A stretch of DNA of 64,000 nt from Fidelibacterota bacterium (GTDB lineage: Bacteria > Fidelibacterota > UBA2242 > JAFGTP01): the NCBI GenBank assembly GCA_016934035.1, contig JAFGTP010000011.1:60486-124485 (forward strand), in the 5' to 3' direction. Made by a program: the position numbers and the translations under genes. Below the pieces are notes generated by a model that saw nothing but the letters and a program-made list of their open reading frames with translations, did no database searches and was not told where the DNA came from. Shown one piece after another: positions 28,742-38,749 of this stretch (positions are counted from its first letter, which is position 1; the number at the start of each line of letters is the position of its first letter).

Positions 28742-28758
28742 CTAATGAAATTAACCAT

Positions 28759-28800
28759 AAAGTCCTCTTTGAATTGCAAAGGGGACTTTTACTTTTCTTA
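28759..28800 (+). terminator. Rho-independent terminator after the SusD-like gene
   Basis: AAAGTCCTCTTTG-aatt-CAAAGGGGACTTT (one mismatch) followed by TTACTTTTCTT. Confidence 0.5.
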
Positions 28801-28844
28801 ACGATATCACAATGCAGAACAGAAAAAACATCCGAATCATACTA

Positions 28845-28932
28845 TTGGCATTCATATTGTTATGCTAAAAGATGTACCATACTAATCCTAGGAAAAGGAA
28901 AGTCTCTCTCAAATAAACTTTCCTTTTTCTTT
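28845..28932 (+). promoter_or_regulatory. Module B: second copy of the sigma-54-like element (TTGGCAT-N5-TTGTT), GTACCATACTAATCC box, and hairpin plus T-tract
   Basis: TTGGCAT lies at 28845-28851 and TTGTT at 28857-28861. The box is at 28874-28888. Hairpin AAAAGGAAAGT/ACTTTCCTTTT is followed by the same CTTTTTCTTTTT tail as module A. The stems differ by compensatory changes. Confidence 0.3.
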
Positions 28933-29145
28933 TTCCAGATAAAATTCCCGATATCAAATCAGTGCTATCCCCCGACAGAGTAAAAATGGCGACAGGAAAG
29001 GCTTTTTTTCAAACTGTTAAATCTGTCTTCAGAGTCTTATAAAAAAATGGTGTATGGAATGATGTTCGAATTTTTATTTAAAAATCTGATATTTACATTA
29101 ATTATTTAATGTATTTGTTGAATTTTTTTTAATAAAAATAGTTTA

Positions 29146-29299
29146 ATATCAGAAAAGTATGATTTAGTTGAGGGTTTGATCGGTTTTTTTGAAGTATTTA
29201 AGAAATTCTGAAAAAAAATTCGGAAATTTCGGAAATTTCGGAAAGTTCTGAAATATCCTATATTTAATCCTTTTTGCATTATTCTGAAATATCAGAAAA
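29146..29299. promoter_or_regulatory. Array of 9-bp TTC(T/G)GAAA(T/G) units: five direct repeats (29206-29254), an inverted repeat ATTCTGAAAT-ATCAGAAAA (29281-29299) and isolated half-sites (29146-29157). Candidate activator binding region
   Basis: Read directly: TTCTGAAAA, TTCGGAAAT x2, TTCGGAAAG, TTCTGAAAT, and a palindrome built from the same unit. It lies about 85 to 240 bp upstream of the proximal sigma-54-like element at 29382. Confidence 0.4.
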
Positions 29300-29381
29300 C
29301 TAATTTTTAACATAAGTATTATCAATATTTTATCCAAATAAATATCGGTGTGATTGAAAAAAAATAATTCAAAATGGGCTC

Positions 29382-29426
29382 TTGGTACATCTGTTGAGAA
29401 ATACCTATCAGGATTAGTGTAAGGGG
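29382..29426 (+). promoter_or_regulatory. Proximal promoter/leader of SusC-like gene B: TTGGTAC-N5-TTGAG followed by GGATTAGTGTAAGGGG box
   Basis: Same architecture as 24469-24523. RBS AAAAGGAGGAAAGT sits before the ATG at 29493. Confidence 0.3.
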
Positions 29427-29492
29427 GTGTCAAAAAACACATCTAAAACACAATCATACAAAGTGCTAACGAGGTTAAAAAAGGAGGAAAGT

Positions 29493-32400
29493 ATGACAAG
29501 AAATGTCATTTTATGGTTATTGACCATCCTGTTACCATTTGTTCTATTCGCTGGAACAACTGGTAAAATTTCAGGAATAGTAACCGACAAGGAAACCGGT
29601 GAACCCTTACCCGGTGTTAATATAGTGGTTACCGGTGGCGGTCTGAATACCGGAGCGGCAACTAACATCACCGGTTATTATTCCATTATTAATGTTCCTG
29701 TAGGTGATTATGAAATGAAAGTATCCTACATGGGAAAAAAGACCATTGTAATTAAAAACCTACATGTATCCCTGGATTTGACGACAGAAATCAATCTTGA
29801 GATGGAAAACAGTACATTGGATATGGAAGAAGTTCTGGTTACTGCCGAACGCAAAATTATCAGAAAAGATGAAACCAATACCAATGTTATCAAAACTGCT
29901 GAAGATATTGAAAATCTTCCCGTAAGAGGTATGCAGGAAATTGCAGCCGCCACAGCAGGTGTTGTGAAAACAGCGAATTCCAACAACATGAATGTTCGTG
30001 GCGGACGTGCAGCAGAAACTGCAGTGTATATAGACGGCGTACTGGTTAATGATCCCTATAACAGTGCCGTCAGACTGTATTTGCCAAACGAAGCAATTGA
30101 AGAAATGAGTGTCCAGACCGGTGGTTTCAATGCCGAATACGGTGATGCCATGTCGGGTATTGTTGCTTTGACCACCAATGTTGGGACAAAAGAATACAAG
30201 GCCTCTATATCTTTTGATACGGACCAGTTTCTGAGTGCTGAGGAAAAATTTCTGGGGACCTATTCCTATGGCCATAATGAGTATGTTGCCACCTTGAGTG
30301 GTCCTATTATTCCTGGAAAAAATCATACATTCTTTTTCAGTGGAACCCGTCAATACCAGGCTGACTGGACGCCTTCTTATGGCTGGTCAGAAAATCCCTA
30401 TCGTCTGGAGGAAATGGATTATCATCAGACTTTTATGTATGACAATGAATTTGACAGCATTCGTATTGCTTATAATGATGAAATGGAAAAAATGGATACA
30501 ACCCTGATAACCTATACCGAAAGAGATACACTTGATCTCGGTAACCATCAATACAAGTTTAATGCAAGAATACCTGGCAATTTCAACAGTGTCTGGTCAT
30601 GGAACGGAAAATTTAAATTACAATTGACCGAAGGGATTTCACTGAAAACCGGTTTTGCCAGAACTGACAGGGAATTTGCTGCAGATCCTTATTATGATGA
30701 TGCGATGCACCGGCAATATTTCTTCAATCAGGACCATGGTCCTGTTCAGTCCAATCAGACAACATCTCTCAATACCACGCTGACTCATACTGTTTCCAAT
30801 AATACTTTTTATGATTTAAGATTCAAATATTTTGATACAGAGCGGAAATGGTACGATAAGGAATTTGGTGATGATCTGGAAAAATATGGTAGTGTTGAAG
30901 ACCAGCCCTTTCCGGATCAAAATATATTCTACGTCGGTAGTGAAGAACTCCGGTCGCTTTATGAAGAGCGGTATGACCGTGGAACTTCAACATTTAAAGG
31001 TACTAGGTTCAACGGTTCTCTGGAACCGGACTTTTTTGCGCCCGGTGTTCCTTATGACGATTATTTTAAAAACAGAACAACCTATTGGGGAATCGATTTT
31101 GATCTGACCCACCAATTGGGAAAACATCATACCTTTAAAACCGGGTTTGAATATAAATATCACACCATGCGTGAATTTCGTATGGTAAGTCCCTACAATT
31201 ACGTCGGAGATTATGATACTGATATTGAAAGATATCAGGGTGCGGACCTGCGATTCTACGGTTATGATGTTGAGGGTAAAGAAGTGGATGACGGGCCAAA
31301 TTTTCTGGATGATGTCGAAAGAGATGAATCCGGACAGCCCACATCTGGTTATGACAAACAGGAACCCTATCATCCGATTATTATGAGTGGTTATTTGCAG
31401 GATAAAATAGAGTATGAAAATATTATCATCAATATGGGACTGAGATATGACCGGATTGATCCCAATGCCTGGATGTTCAAACAAATTGATAAACAGGTTG
31501 ATGCAGATGGCAATTACATCAATGGCACCGGTATGTTTGGTGGCAATGAACAATTTGATGCTGTAGATACAAAACCCTCAGAAGTATATGACTATCTCAG
31601 TCCTCGTCTGGGCGTGTCTTTTCCGATTACCGAAAGTACTGTTTTCCATACACAATATGGTATTTTCTATCAGGCACCTCAGCTCATGGACCTTTATCTG
31701 AGTCCTTTTTATCTGGATACCTATGTATCAGGTGGTGGTTATTTTACTGTGATTGACAATCCAAATTTACGGCCACCCAAAACCACTTCCTATGAATTGG
31801 GTTTCAAACAAATGCTTGGCAATCGCGCTTCGCTGCAGCTGACGACCTTTTTCAAGGAAACTGAAGACCTGGTACTGATATTCCCACATTTGACCGATGC
31901 TACGGAAATCGCTTTTACCGATAATGGTGATTTTGGCACCATCAAAGGTTTTGATGTGATTTTTACTATGAGAAGATTCAATAATCTTTCACTGAATATG
32001 AATTATGAGTTCCAGGTAGCCAGAGGGACCGGATCCAGTACCAATTCCAATTTTGATATCGCCTGGCAGGATGGTTCCCGGGACGGAAACTTTCCAAAGT
32101 TTGCAATGCCCCTGGATTTTGAGCAGCGACATCGCGGCAGTATCATAATGGATTACCGATACGGGCAGGATGATGCACCAATCGGTTTTCTGAATAATGC
32201 CGGTATCAATATGATGTTTACTTTTAATTCAGGTAATCCCTATACTTTGGCGGTTGTTGCCAACACCAATCCTTTTGGCGGCCGGAATGACAATGATGGT
32301 ATTTCAGAAAAACCCTTTTCAGCAGTCGGTGCGGAGCGGACTCCCTGGATGTATCAGACAGACCTGAAAGTAGATAAAAGAATGACTTTCGGAAAAATAA

Positions 32401-32633
32401 AACTGACGGCCTACTGTACAATATTGAATGTTTTTAATAAAGAAAATGTTAAAAATGTTTACATCACCACTGGATCGCCCAATGATACGGGTTACCTGGG
32501 TACCAATCCCGGTAAAGTATACTGGAATAGTTTAACTGAAGATCAGCAAAAACAATTCAAGATGAGAGAATGGGATTATAGCCATTATGCAGCACCAAGA
32601 CAGATTCGTCTTGGATTGCGGCTGGAACTATAA
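29493..32633 (+). CDS. SusC-like TonB-dependent outer-membrane receptor (no SusD partner)
   Basis: Signal peptide. Carboxypeptidase-regulatory-like N-domain (ISGIVTDKETGEPLPGVNIVV…GYYSI). Plug and a long barrel. Start taken at the ATG at 29493, which has a strong RBS; the ORF-track start at 29427 lacks one. Confidence 0.85.
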   Translation: MTRNVILWLLTILLPFVLFAGTTGKISGIVTDKETGEPLPGVNIVVTGGGLNTGAATNITGYYSIINVPVGDYEMKVSYMGKKTIVIKNLHVSLDLTTEINLEMENSTLDMEEVLVTAERKIIRKDETNTNVIKTAEDIENLPVRGMQEIAAATAGVVKTANSNNMNVRGGRAAETAVYIDGVLVNDPYNSAVRLYLPNEAIEEMSVQTGGFNAEYGDAMSGIVALTTNVGTKEYKASISFDTDQFLSAEEKFLGTYSYGHNEYVATLSGPIIPGKNHTFFFSGTRQYQADWTPSYGWSENPYRLEEMDYHQTFMYDNEFDSIRIAYNDEMEKMDTTLITYTERDTLDLGNHQYKFNARIPGNFNSVWSWNGKFKLQLTEGISLKTGFARTDREFAADPYYDDAMHRQYFFNQDHGPVQSNQTTSLNTTLTHTVSNNTFYDLRFKYFDTERKWYDKEFGDDLEKYGSVEDQPFPDQNIFYVGSEELRSLYEERYDRGTSTFKGTRFNGSLEPDFFAPGVPYDDYFKNRTTYWGIDFDLTHQLGKHHTFKTGFEYKYHTMREFRMVSPYNYVGDYDTDIERYQGADLRFYGYDVEGKEVDDGPNFLDDVERDESGQPTSGYDKQEPYHPIIMSGYLQDKIEYENIIINMGLRYDRIDPNAWMFKQIDKQVDADGNYINGTGMFGGNEQFDAVDTKPSEVYDYLSPRLGVSFPITESTVFHTQYGIFYQAPQLMDLYLSPFYLDTYVSGGGYFTVIDNPNLRPPKTTSYELGFKQMLGNRASLQLTTFFKETEDLVLIFPHLTDATEIAFTDNGDFGTIKGFDVIFTMRRFNNLSLNMNYEFQVARGTGSSTNSNFDIAWQDGSRDGNFPKFAMPLDFEQRHRGSIIMDYRYGQDDAPIGFLNNAGINMMFTFNSGNPYTLAVVANTNPFGGRNDNDGISEKPFSAVGAERTPWMYQTDLKVDKRMTFGKIKLTAYCTILNVFNKENVKNVYITTGSPNDTGYLGTNPGKVYWNSLTEDQQKQFKMREWDYSHYAAPRQIRLGLRLEL

Positions 32634-32666
32634 ATTGATTTCAATTTTTGAATTGGAGGAAAATAT

Positions 32667-35600
32667 ATGAGAAAAATTATAATATATACCTTGACAATGG
32701 TTTTTCTTCTGTCTGCATTTTTGATGGCTGAAGAAAATCAAAAGAAAACCAATGGCCCACTGGCGAAAACCGCCATGACCAGTGATATTTGGATGGACGC
32801 CAACAGGTTAAATGGTTTTATGAGAAATAATGGAATCTGGTTTTATGATATTCCAGCTCATACCTGGGGCCTGGAATGGCCGAAAGGCTCGGGTCTGAGC
32901 CCTATGTATGCCTGCGGACACTGGCTGGCTGCCCGTGTTGACGGCGAGGTCCGGGTAGGAGGAATTGTCCATGATGCCACCGAATATCAGCCGGGTGAAA
33001 TTCTTTCCCCCGGAATTGCTGCAAATCCCAATGATCCTGCCTACAGGTGGTATGTTCTCAGGCCCTCAGGTGTGGGTGACTGGAACAGCTGGCCGGTAGA
33101 GCAGGGAGCGCCGGTTGATGCAGAAGGGAATCCGATGATGATCGGTGATTATTCCGCCTTTTGTGTCTGGAATGATCTTGCGCCTCATACCCGTTTTGGA
33201 ACTGGAAAATTGAATGCTCAAATCCAGCAATTTGTCTGGGCCTTTAACCGGGCTGATGCACTGGGAGACATGATGTTTTCTAAATGGACTATTGTCAATA
33301 AAAGTGGCACCGATTGGAAAGACACATATTTTACGATTTGGACTGATCCTGATGTTGGAAATGCCACCGATGATTTTGTTGGTTGCGATACGGTTCTGGG
33401 AATCGGTTATTGCTACAATGCGACCAATGATGACCAAAATTATGGTGCTGCACCACCAGCAGTGGGCATTGATTTTTTCCAGGGACCCATTATTGATGAA
33501 GAGGGATCCCAGGTTATTTTGACCGATGGAACAGTCCTTGAAAATAAGAAAAAACTGAAAATGACATCCTTTGTCTATTTCAATAACAATGATAACCCGC
33601 AAAACGGAACACCCAATACGGGCCAGGATGCCTACAATTACATGAGGGCCATCTGGAAAGACGGTACATCGGTAACCGAAGGTGGCGTCGGTACTAATGC
33701 CAATAATCCGCCAGCCTCCTTTATGTTCAGCGGTGATCCGGTGACTGGCACAGGCTGGAATGACTCCAATGAAGATGACAGACGTTTCATGATGACTACC
33801 GGTCCCTTTAACATGACCTATTGGGAAGCCAATAATCCAAACCGCGATTTGAATATGAATGGTATCGCTGATTTCGGTGAACCCGGAGTCCAGGCTATCG
33901 TTGCTGGTTTTATTGTTGCCCGAGGAACCGATAATCTCAATTCAGTCGCCAAATTGAAACAGGTCGATGCTCTGGCGCAGCTGGCCTATGATGTAGATTT
34001 CAAACTGGCCAAAAACCCGATGTCTCCTGAAGTTGAAATCAGTGAATTGTCCAATGAAATTCTTTTGAACTGGACTGGCAATTCAGAATTCAATGAAGAT
34101 GGAACATTGTATGAATCCGCTGATCCGATCGTAGCCAAAGCCTTTGGCGATACTGTAATTATGGATAATATGGAAAAAGTCATTGCTGATTCAACCTATA
34201 ATTTCCAGGGTTATTCAGTTTACCAGTACGCTGATGCCGGTGGTGCCTCTCCGGTTCTCATTGACCACTGGGAAGTCGAAGATGCTTCAGAAGCTGCTCC
34301 CTATACCGGACCTAGAATGATTCGCATTACTCAGAATTCTCACGGTCAGGTAGGAAATGTCGGCGATTTACTGATTAACGGTAAGCAATATTATTTTGGT
34401 GTCGTCGCTCAAGGTTATTGCGAATTTGGTGCACCCATGATATTGGAAAGTGCTCCAACGATTGTCTCCGTCATTCCCCAGCAAAGGCTTGGACAGAGGA
34501 CTTATTCTGTATTCGGTGATTCTATCACAGTGACCCATATGAGAATTGACACAACTCAACCAACCAGTCAGGGCAATGTTGCCGCTTTGGTTGTTGATCC
34601 GACCAAAGTGACCGGCCACGATTACAAAGTTGGTTTTTATAACGATTCACAAGATAATCCGGTCTGGTATTTATATGATGAAACTGTAGGTGATACCCTT
34701 TTGAACAAGCAGGAAAATCAGAGAAATGACGAAGCCTACAATGTCACTGATGGAATGGTTGTCAAAGTCTCCGGTGCAGCTCCCAGTATTATTAGCGTTT
34801 CTCAGGTAGACACGGACAATTGGGATGAAGTCATTGACGCAACCCTGATTGGCAGTCTCAATGCAAAAGCGGATTATTCCGTTGGAAAACCTGCTTTTCT
34901 GGTAGCTGCTGCAGGGGCAGACGAAGGGGATGACGCAACCCAATTTACACAATGGGACTGGAAAGGTAATACAACTCCCAATGATATCGTCATTGAATTT
35001 GTTGAACCTGAAGAAGGACAGCTTGTTCTCAATGGCTGGGCTGACGCTCCAAATTCTGCCGATGGCAACTGGTTTCTCAACGGATGGATTGAATCGGATA
35101 CGGTGGGTGGTGAACAGACCATCCATGATACCCATGGCAGATTGCCTTTTAGAGTATGGATGATTACACCCTCTGGTGAAAGGACCCAGATCATTGCAGC
35201 TGTGCTGGAAGATAATGATAATTGGTATTGGGATCAGCAGCAGCCTGGAATTTTTGTTGATGGCGCTCTCAGTGGATGGGAAAGATTGTATTTATTAAAT
35301 TATCCCTACAATGAAACGGAACTGACCAGTGACGGCGGTGATAATGTACTCAACAATTTATTCTGGGGATCGCTCTATCCTGCTGCCCACTCAATCGGCC
35401 GCTTAATTTTTTCCATGTACTATGATCTATGGTCACCGGGAACAGGCGGACTTTGGGGAAAACCACCGGCAGCCGGTACTGTTATTCGTTGGAATTCTGC
35501 AAAACCCAATAGTGAAAATGATTATTACACCTTTACAGCACCAAAGGCTGCAACAGATTCCACCAGTCATCAGAAAGATGATATAAAAAATATCCAAGTG

Positions 35601-35900
35601 GTTCCCAATCCATATTATGGTTATCATTCCGGTGAAATGAATATTTTCCAGCGATGGGTGCAATTTACCAATCTGCCCGAAGAATGCACTATCAGAATAT
35701 TCGATCTTGCCGGCAACCAGATCAAGAAAATTCAAAAGAATGATCCAGCAACAACATTAGCGCAATGGGACCTTAGCAATGAATACGGCCTTCCGGTCGC
35801 CAGCGGTATTTATGTCTACCATGTAGATATTCCGAAGGTTGGCGAAAAAGTCGGCAAACTTGCGATCTTTGCTCCTAATGAACGGATGGATACTTACTAA
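32667..35900 (+). CDS. Large secreted protein of unknown function with T9SS C-terminal sorting domain
   Basis: Signal peptide. About 1000 aa with no motif I can assign. The last about 90 aa (IQVVPNPYYG…CTIRIFDLAGNQIKKI…ASGIYVYHVDI…KLAIF) match the T9SS type-A CTD pattern. Confidence 0.55.
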   Translation: MRKIIIYTLTMVFLLSAFLMAEENQKKTNGPLAKTAMTSDIWMDANRLNGFMRNNGIWFYDIPAHTWGLEWPKGSGLSPMYACGHWLAARVDGEVRVGGIVHDATEYQPGEILSPGIAANPNDPAYRWYVLRPSGVGDWNSWPVEQGAPVDAEGNPMMIGDYSAFCVWNDLAPHTRFGTGKLNAQIQQFVWAFNRADALGDMMFSKWTIVNKSGTDWKDTYFTIWTDPDVGNATDDFVGCDTVLGIGYCYNATNDDQNYGAAPPAVGIDFFQGPIIDEEGSQVILTDGTVLENKKKLKMTSFVYFNNNDNPQNGTPNTGQDAYNYMRAIWKDGTSVTEGGVGTNANNPPASFMFSGDPVTGTGWNDSNEDDRRFMMTTGPFNMTYWEANNPNRDLNMNGIADFGEPGVQAIVAGFIVARGTDNLNSVAKLKQVDALAQLAYDVDFKLAKNPMSPEVEISELSNEILLNWTGNSEFNEDGTLYESADPIVAKAFGDTVIMDNMEKVIADSTYNFQGYSVYQYADAGGASPVLIDHWEVEDASEAAPYTGPRMIRITQNSHGQVGNVGDLLINGKQYYFGVVAQGYCEFGAPMILESAPTIVSVIPQQRLGQRTYSVFGDSITVTHMRIDTTQPTSQGNVAALVVDPTKVTGHDYKVGFYNDSQDNPVWYLYDETVGDTLLNKQENQRNDEAYNVTDGMVVKVSGAAPSIISVSQVDTDNWDEVIDATLIGSLNAKADYSVGKPAFLVAAAGADEGDDATQFTQWDWKGNTTPNDIVIEFVEPEEGQLVLNGWADAPNSADGNWFLNGWIESDTVGGEQTIHDTHGRLPFRVWMITPSGERTQIIAAVLEDNDNWYWDQQQPGIFVDGALSGWERLYLLNYPYNETELTSDGGDNVLNNLFWGSLYPAAHSIGRLIFSMYYDLWSPGTGGLWGKPPAAGTVIRWNSAKPNSENDYYTFTAPKAATDSTSHQKDDIKNIQVVPNPYYGYHSGEMNIFQRWVQFTNLPEECTIRIFDLAGNQIKKIQKNDPATTLAQWDLSNEYGLPVASGIYVYHVDIPKVGEKVGKLAIFAPNERMDTY

Positions 35901-35941
35901 CGGTCAGGTTATCTGATAACGTAATTATGGAGGAAAAAGTT

Positions 35942-36976
35942 ATGAATAAAAATATATTAAAAATCACAAGCCTATTAATTTTGATACTGTTCAGCCAGGT
36001 GGTTTTTGCCAGTGGAAGCCGTGTTGGTACTGCTGCAGCTCCGGAATTGTTGATTCCCATGGGAGCCCGAAATGTGTCCCTGGGCTGTTCGGATATTGCC
36101 AACGTTACCGGCACCGATGCCATTTACTGGAACCCGGCGGGACTCTCTTACATCAAACAGGCCGAAGCAACCTTCAGTTATTTGAAGTATTTTGCTGATA
36201 TGAATGTCGCTTACATTGCTACCGGAATCAAGATGGGACAATTGGGTGCTGTCGGTATCAGTATTCAGTCACTGAATATCGGAAAAATTAAAGTGACAAC
36301 CATTGAAGCGCCTGAAGGCACAGGACAGGAAATTACTCCTGACTACCTTACTGCCGGATTGACTTATTCCAAAAAATTGACCAATAAAGTCGCATTTGGA
36401 AGCAATGCTAAAATCATCAGTGAAAATATTGGAAATATGTCAGCCACAGCTTTTGCCATTGACCTGGGACTGCAATACCACACCGAATTTGGACTTGATT
36501 TCGGTATTACCATGAAAAATATCGGTACTGATATGAAATTTGACGGACCGGAAATTGAATTCAACTCTGATATTCCTTTTGCAAATCCCAATGCCACAAC
36601 CCGCAAAACCAAACTGGACATGGCCTCCAACGAATTGCCCACCAGCATGAATATGGGACTGGCTTATACCCGAAAATTCAGTGATGCTGTAGCGGCTTCC
36701 TGCTATGGTCAATACAGTAAAAATACACTGGACATGGACAGAATGAATTTGGGTGGTGAAGTCAATCTGAACAACCTGTTGTTCCTGAGAGCAGGCTATA
36801 TTTATAATATCTATCCTGAAGATTGGGAGTGGGACAAGGACGCCCAGTTCAATTTTAGTTACGGCCTCGGATTAAATTTGATGGTTTCCGGGACCAAAGT
36901 CTATTTTGATTATGCATTCAGACCGATGGAATTGTTTGATGCGAATCAATACTTCTCCATTAGCGTAGGTTTTTAA
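35942..36976 (+). CDS. PorV/PorQ-family outer-membrane beta-barrel protein (T9SS-associated)
   Basis: Signal peptide. N-terminal GSRVGTAAAPELLIPMGARNVSLGCSDIANVTGTDAIYWNPAGLS resembles the PorV-family signature (GT-AA-FL-IG-GARA-AMGGA…DASA-YWNPAGL). C-terminal aromatic. ATG at 35942 with RBS GGAGGA. Confidence 0.55.
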   Translation: MNKNILKITSLLILILFSQVVFASGSRVGTAAAPELLIPMGARNVSLGCSDIANVTGTDAIYWNPAGLSYIKQAEATFSYLKYFADMNVAYIATGIKMGQLGAVGISIQSLNIGKIKVTTIEAPEGTGQEITPDYLTAGLTYSKKLTNKVAFGSNAKIISENIGNMSATAFAIDLGLQYHTEFGLDFGITMKNIGTDMKFDGPEIEFNSDIPFANPNATTRKTKLDMASNELPTSMNMGLAYTRKFSDAVAASCYGQYSKNTLDMDRMNLGGEVNLNNLLFLRAGYIYNIYPEDWEWDKDAQFNFSYGLGLNLMVSGTKVYFDYAFRPMELFDANQYFSISVGF

Positions 36977-36999
36977 TGGAGCCCCTTACATGACCTGGG

Positions 37000-37032
37000 A
37001 AAGGCTGCCGCAAGGCAGCCTTTTTCTATTTT
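37000..37032. terminator. Bidirectional terminator between convergent genes
   Basis: AAAGGCTGCC-gcaa-GGCAGCCTTT followed by TTTCTATTTT. It overlaps the stop of the minus-strand gene at 37026. Confidence 0.55.
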
Positions 37033-38648
37033 ATATCCATTAATGGAATTTTTTCAAGGGCCCGGTTGACAATATCCTGGCTGACACTTTCCGGCCTGAT
37101 TTTATAAAGGTTTTTGCCGGTTTTTTTTAGTCCGAAGATTTTTCCTGATTGATTGAATAGTTGCAACAGCGCCAAACCTAACTGAAGCCGGATTTCATTG
37201 CCGCTTAGGCCTTCTTTCAGAACCAGGTCATGGTTGTTTATCTGAAATTTGGGATCTATTGCTTGGGACCTCAATTCTTTGATAAAGTTAATAATCCGGG
37301 TAATGCGGAAAAGTGTCATAAGGTCTTTGCGTTTGAAATTTTCAGTTTCATAGGGCATAAAGGATGAACGGTAGAGGCTGGTGTCTTTTGGAATAAGATT
37401 ATTCTTTTGCAATTGATTAAAAATCGGTGTATTGGGCACCAGATAGAAAAAGGACGGGCCTATCAGAACTGGCAACTCTGCCAGGAAAAGGATGGAATTT
37501 AGCATTTGGTTAATTGTATGTTCTGGCAAGCCCAATATGATGTATGCGGTGATGAAAAATCCATGTTTTTCAGCGAGATGGACAAGTTCTGTAAATTTAT
37601 GTGTGGAGAAGGGACGATGGAGATGGTTCTGTTCTTGTTCATTTTCACTCACCAGTGCCAGATTGAGAGATGAAAATCCGACTGACTTCATTTTGACCAG
37701 CAATTCTTCATTGAGGTTCGTTGCCGTAATGCCATTCATCGCCTGAAAGGAAAGGTCAAACTTTGAAAATTTGTCAATGATCTGATCCAGAAATTCATTG
37801 AGCCATTTTTTTTGTCCGCCAAAGTGGTCATCCTCAAAATCAAAAGAGCGAAAGCCCTGGTGGATTTTTTGTTCAATCTCAGCAATCACATTTGTCACAC
37901 TGCGGGTTCTGTATTGATAACCCATAACCTGGTGAATGGAACAGAAGGAACATTTATAGGGACAACCGCGGCTGATCATGAGCATGGCGTGTTTTTTTCT
38001 GCCTAATTGGTATGATGGTGTGCCGGGCAGGGAATAGTCGGCAAATTTCAGGGCATCCAAAGCTTTGATCATTTTTTGCGGATTGATGACCATCTCTTCG
38101 TCTTTTTTCCAGATCAGATTGGGAATAGAGGAAAAGTCTGTGAGAGAGGCAGAAATTGCTTCAATCAGTTTGGGAAAGGTCTCTTCTCCTTCGCCATAAA
38201 CTTCAAAGTCAGCCCCATTTTCCAGAAAATTTCCTGGCAAAGCAGCGCAGGCATGGCCGCCGATGACAATTTTACTATCTGGCCGGGAAATTTTTAGAAA
38301 TCGAAGGATTTCCAAAACATTGTCAGAGTACGTTGTAAAATTGGCTGAAATGCCAAATACTTCAATATGCTGTGGAATGACATTTTCGAATTCTTCCGGC
38401 CTGCAACCAAAGCGGTAAAAATTTTTATATAAACCCAAAGGTGAACGGTCATCCTGCCGGTAATATTGTTTGAGAACGGAAAAGGCTTCGGGATATTTGA
38501 TACCTCGGGATTTGCTGTATCTCATATCCAGAATTGATACTTCATGATCTTTGATTTGCGCGCCAATAGATAGAAGTCCCAGGGGAATATTGCGAATTTC
38601 GGTGGCATAGAAATCATCAATGGGTGGTTGGATCAGGCAAATTTTCAT
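37026..38648 (-). CDS. B12-binding-domain radical SAM protein
   Basis: N-terminal cobalamin-binding-like domain, CPYKCSFCS CX3CX2C motif and a radical SAM core. Confidence 0.7.
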   Translation of the reverse strand: MKICLIQPPIDDFYATEIRNIPLGLLSIGAQIKDHEVSILDMRYSKSRGIKYPEAFSVLKQYYRQDDRSPLGLYKNFYRFGCRPEEFENVIPQHIEVFGISANFTTYSDNVLEILRFLKISRPDSKIVIGGHACAALPGNFLENGADFEVYGEGEETFPKLIEAISASLTDFSSIPNLIWKKDEEMVINPQKMIKALDALKFADYSLPGTPSYQLGRKKHAMLMISRGCPYKCSFCSIHQVMGYQYRTRSVTNVIAEIEQKIHQGFRSFDFEDDHFGGQKKWLNEFLDQIIDKFSKFDLSFQAMNGITATNLNEELLVKMKSVGFSSLNLALVSENEQEQNHLHRPFSTHKFTELVHLAEKHGFFITAYIILGLPEHTINQMLNSILFLAELPVLIGPSFFYLVPNTPIFNQLQKNNLIPKDTSLYRSSFMPYETENFKRKDLMTLFRITRIINFIKELRSQAIDPKFQINNHDLVLKEGLSGNEIRLQLGLALLQLFNQSGKIFGLKKTGKNLYKIRPESVSQDIVNRALEKIPLMDIK

Positions 38649-38749
38649 GTTGAAATGTAATCAAATCCTGAAACAGGAAAAACAAAATTTGCTGAATGCC
38701 CCGGATTGCGGTGTATTCAGCAAATTTCAAAAGGTTGAAGAATAAGGTT

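Noticed and set aside
29760-30353. Long antisense ORFs inside the SusC-like, TonB receptor, EEP and kinase genes (e.g. 29760-30353 -, 30987-31553 -, 48893-49726 -, 57145-57630 -)
   Set aside because: These are shadow ORFs on the opposite strand of well-supported long genes. They show no signal of independent coding such as an RBS or domain motifs.
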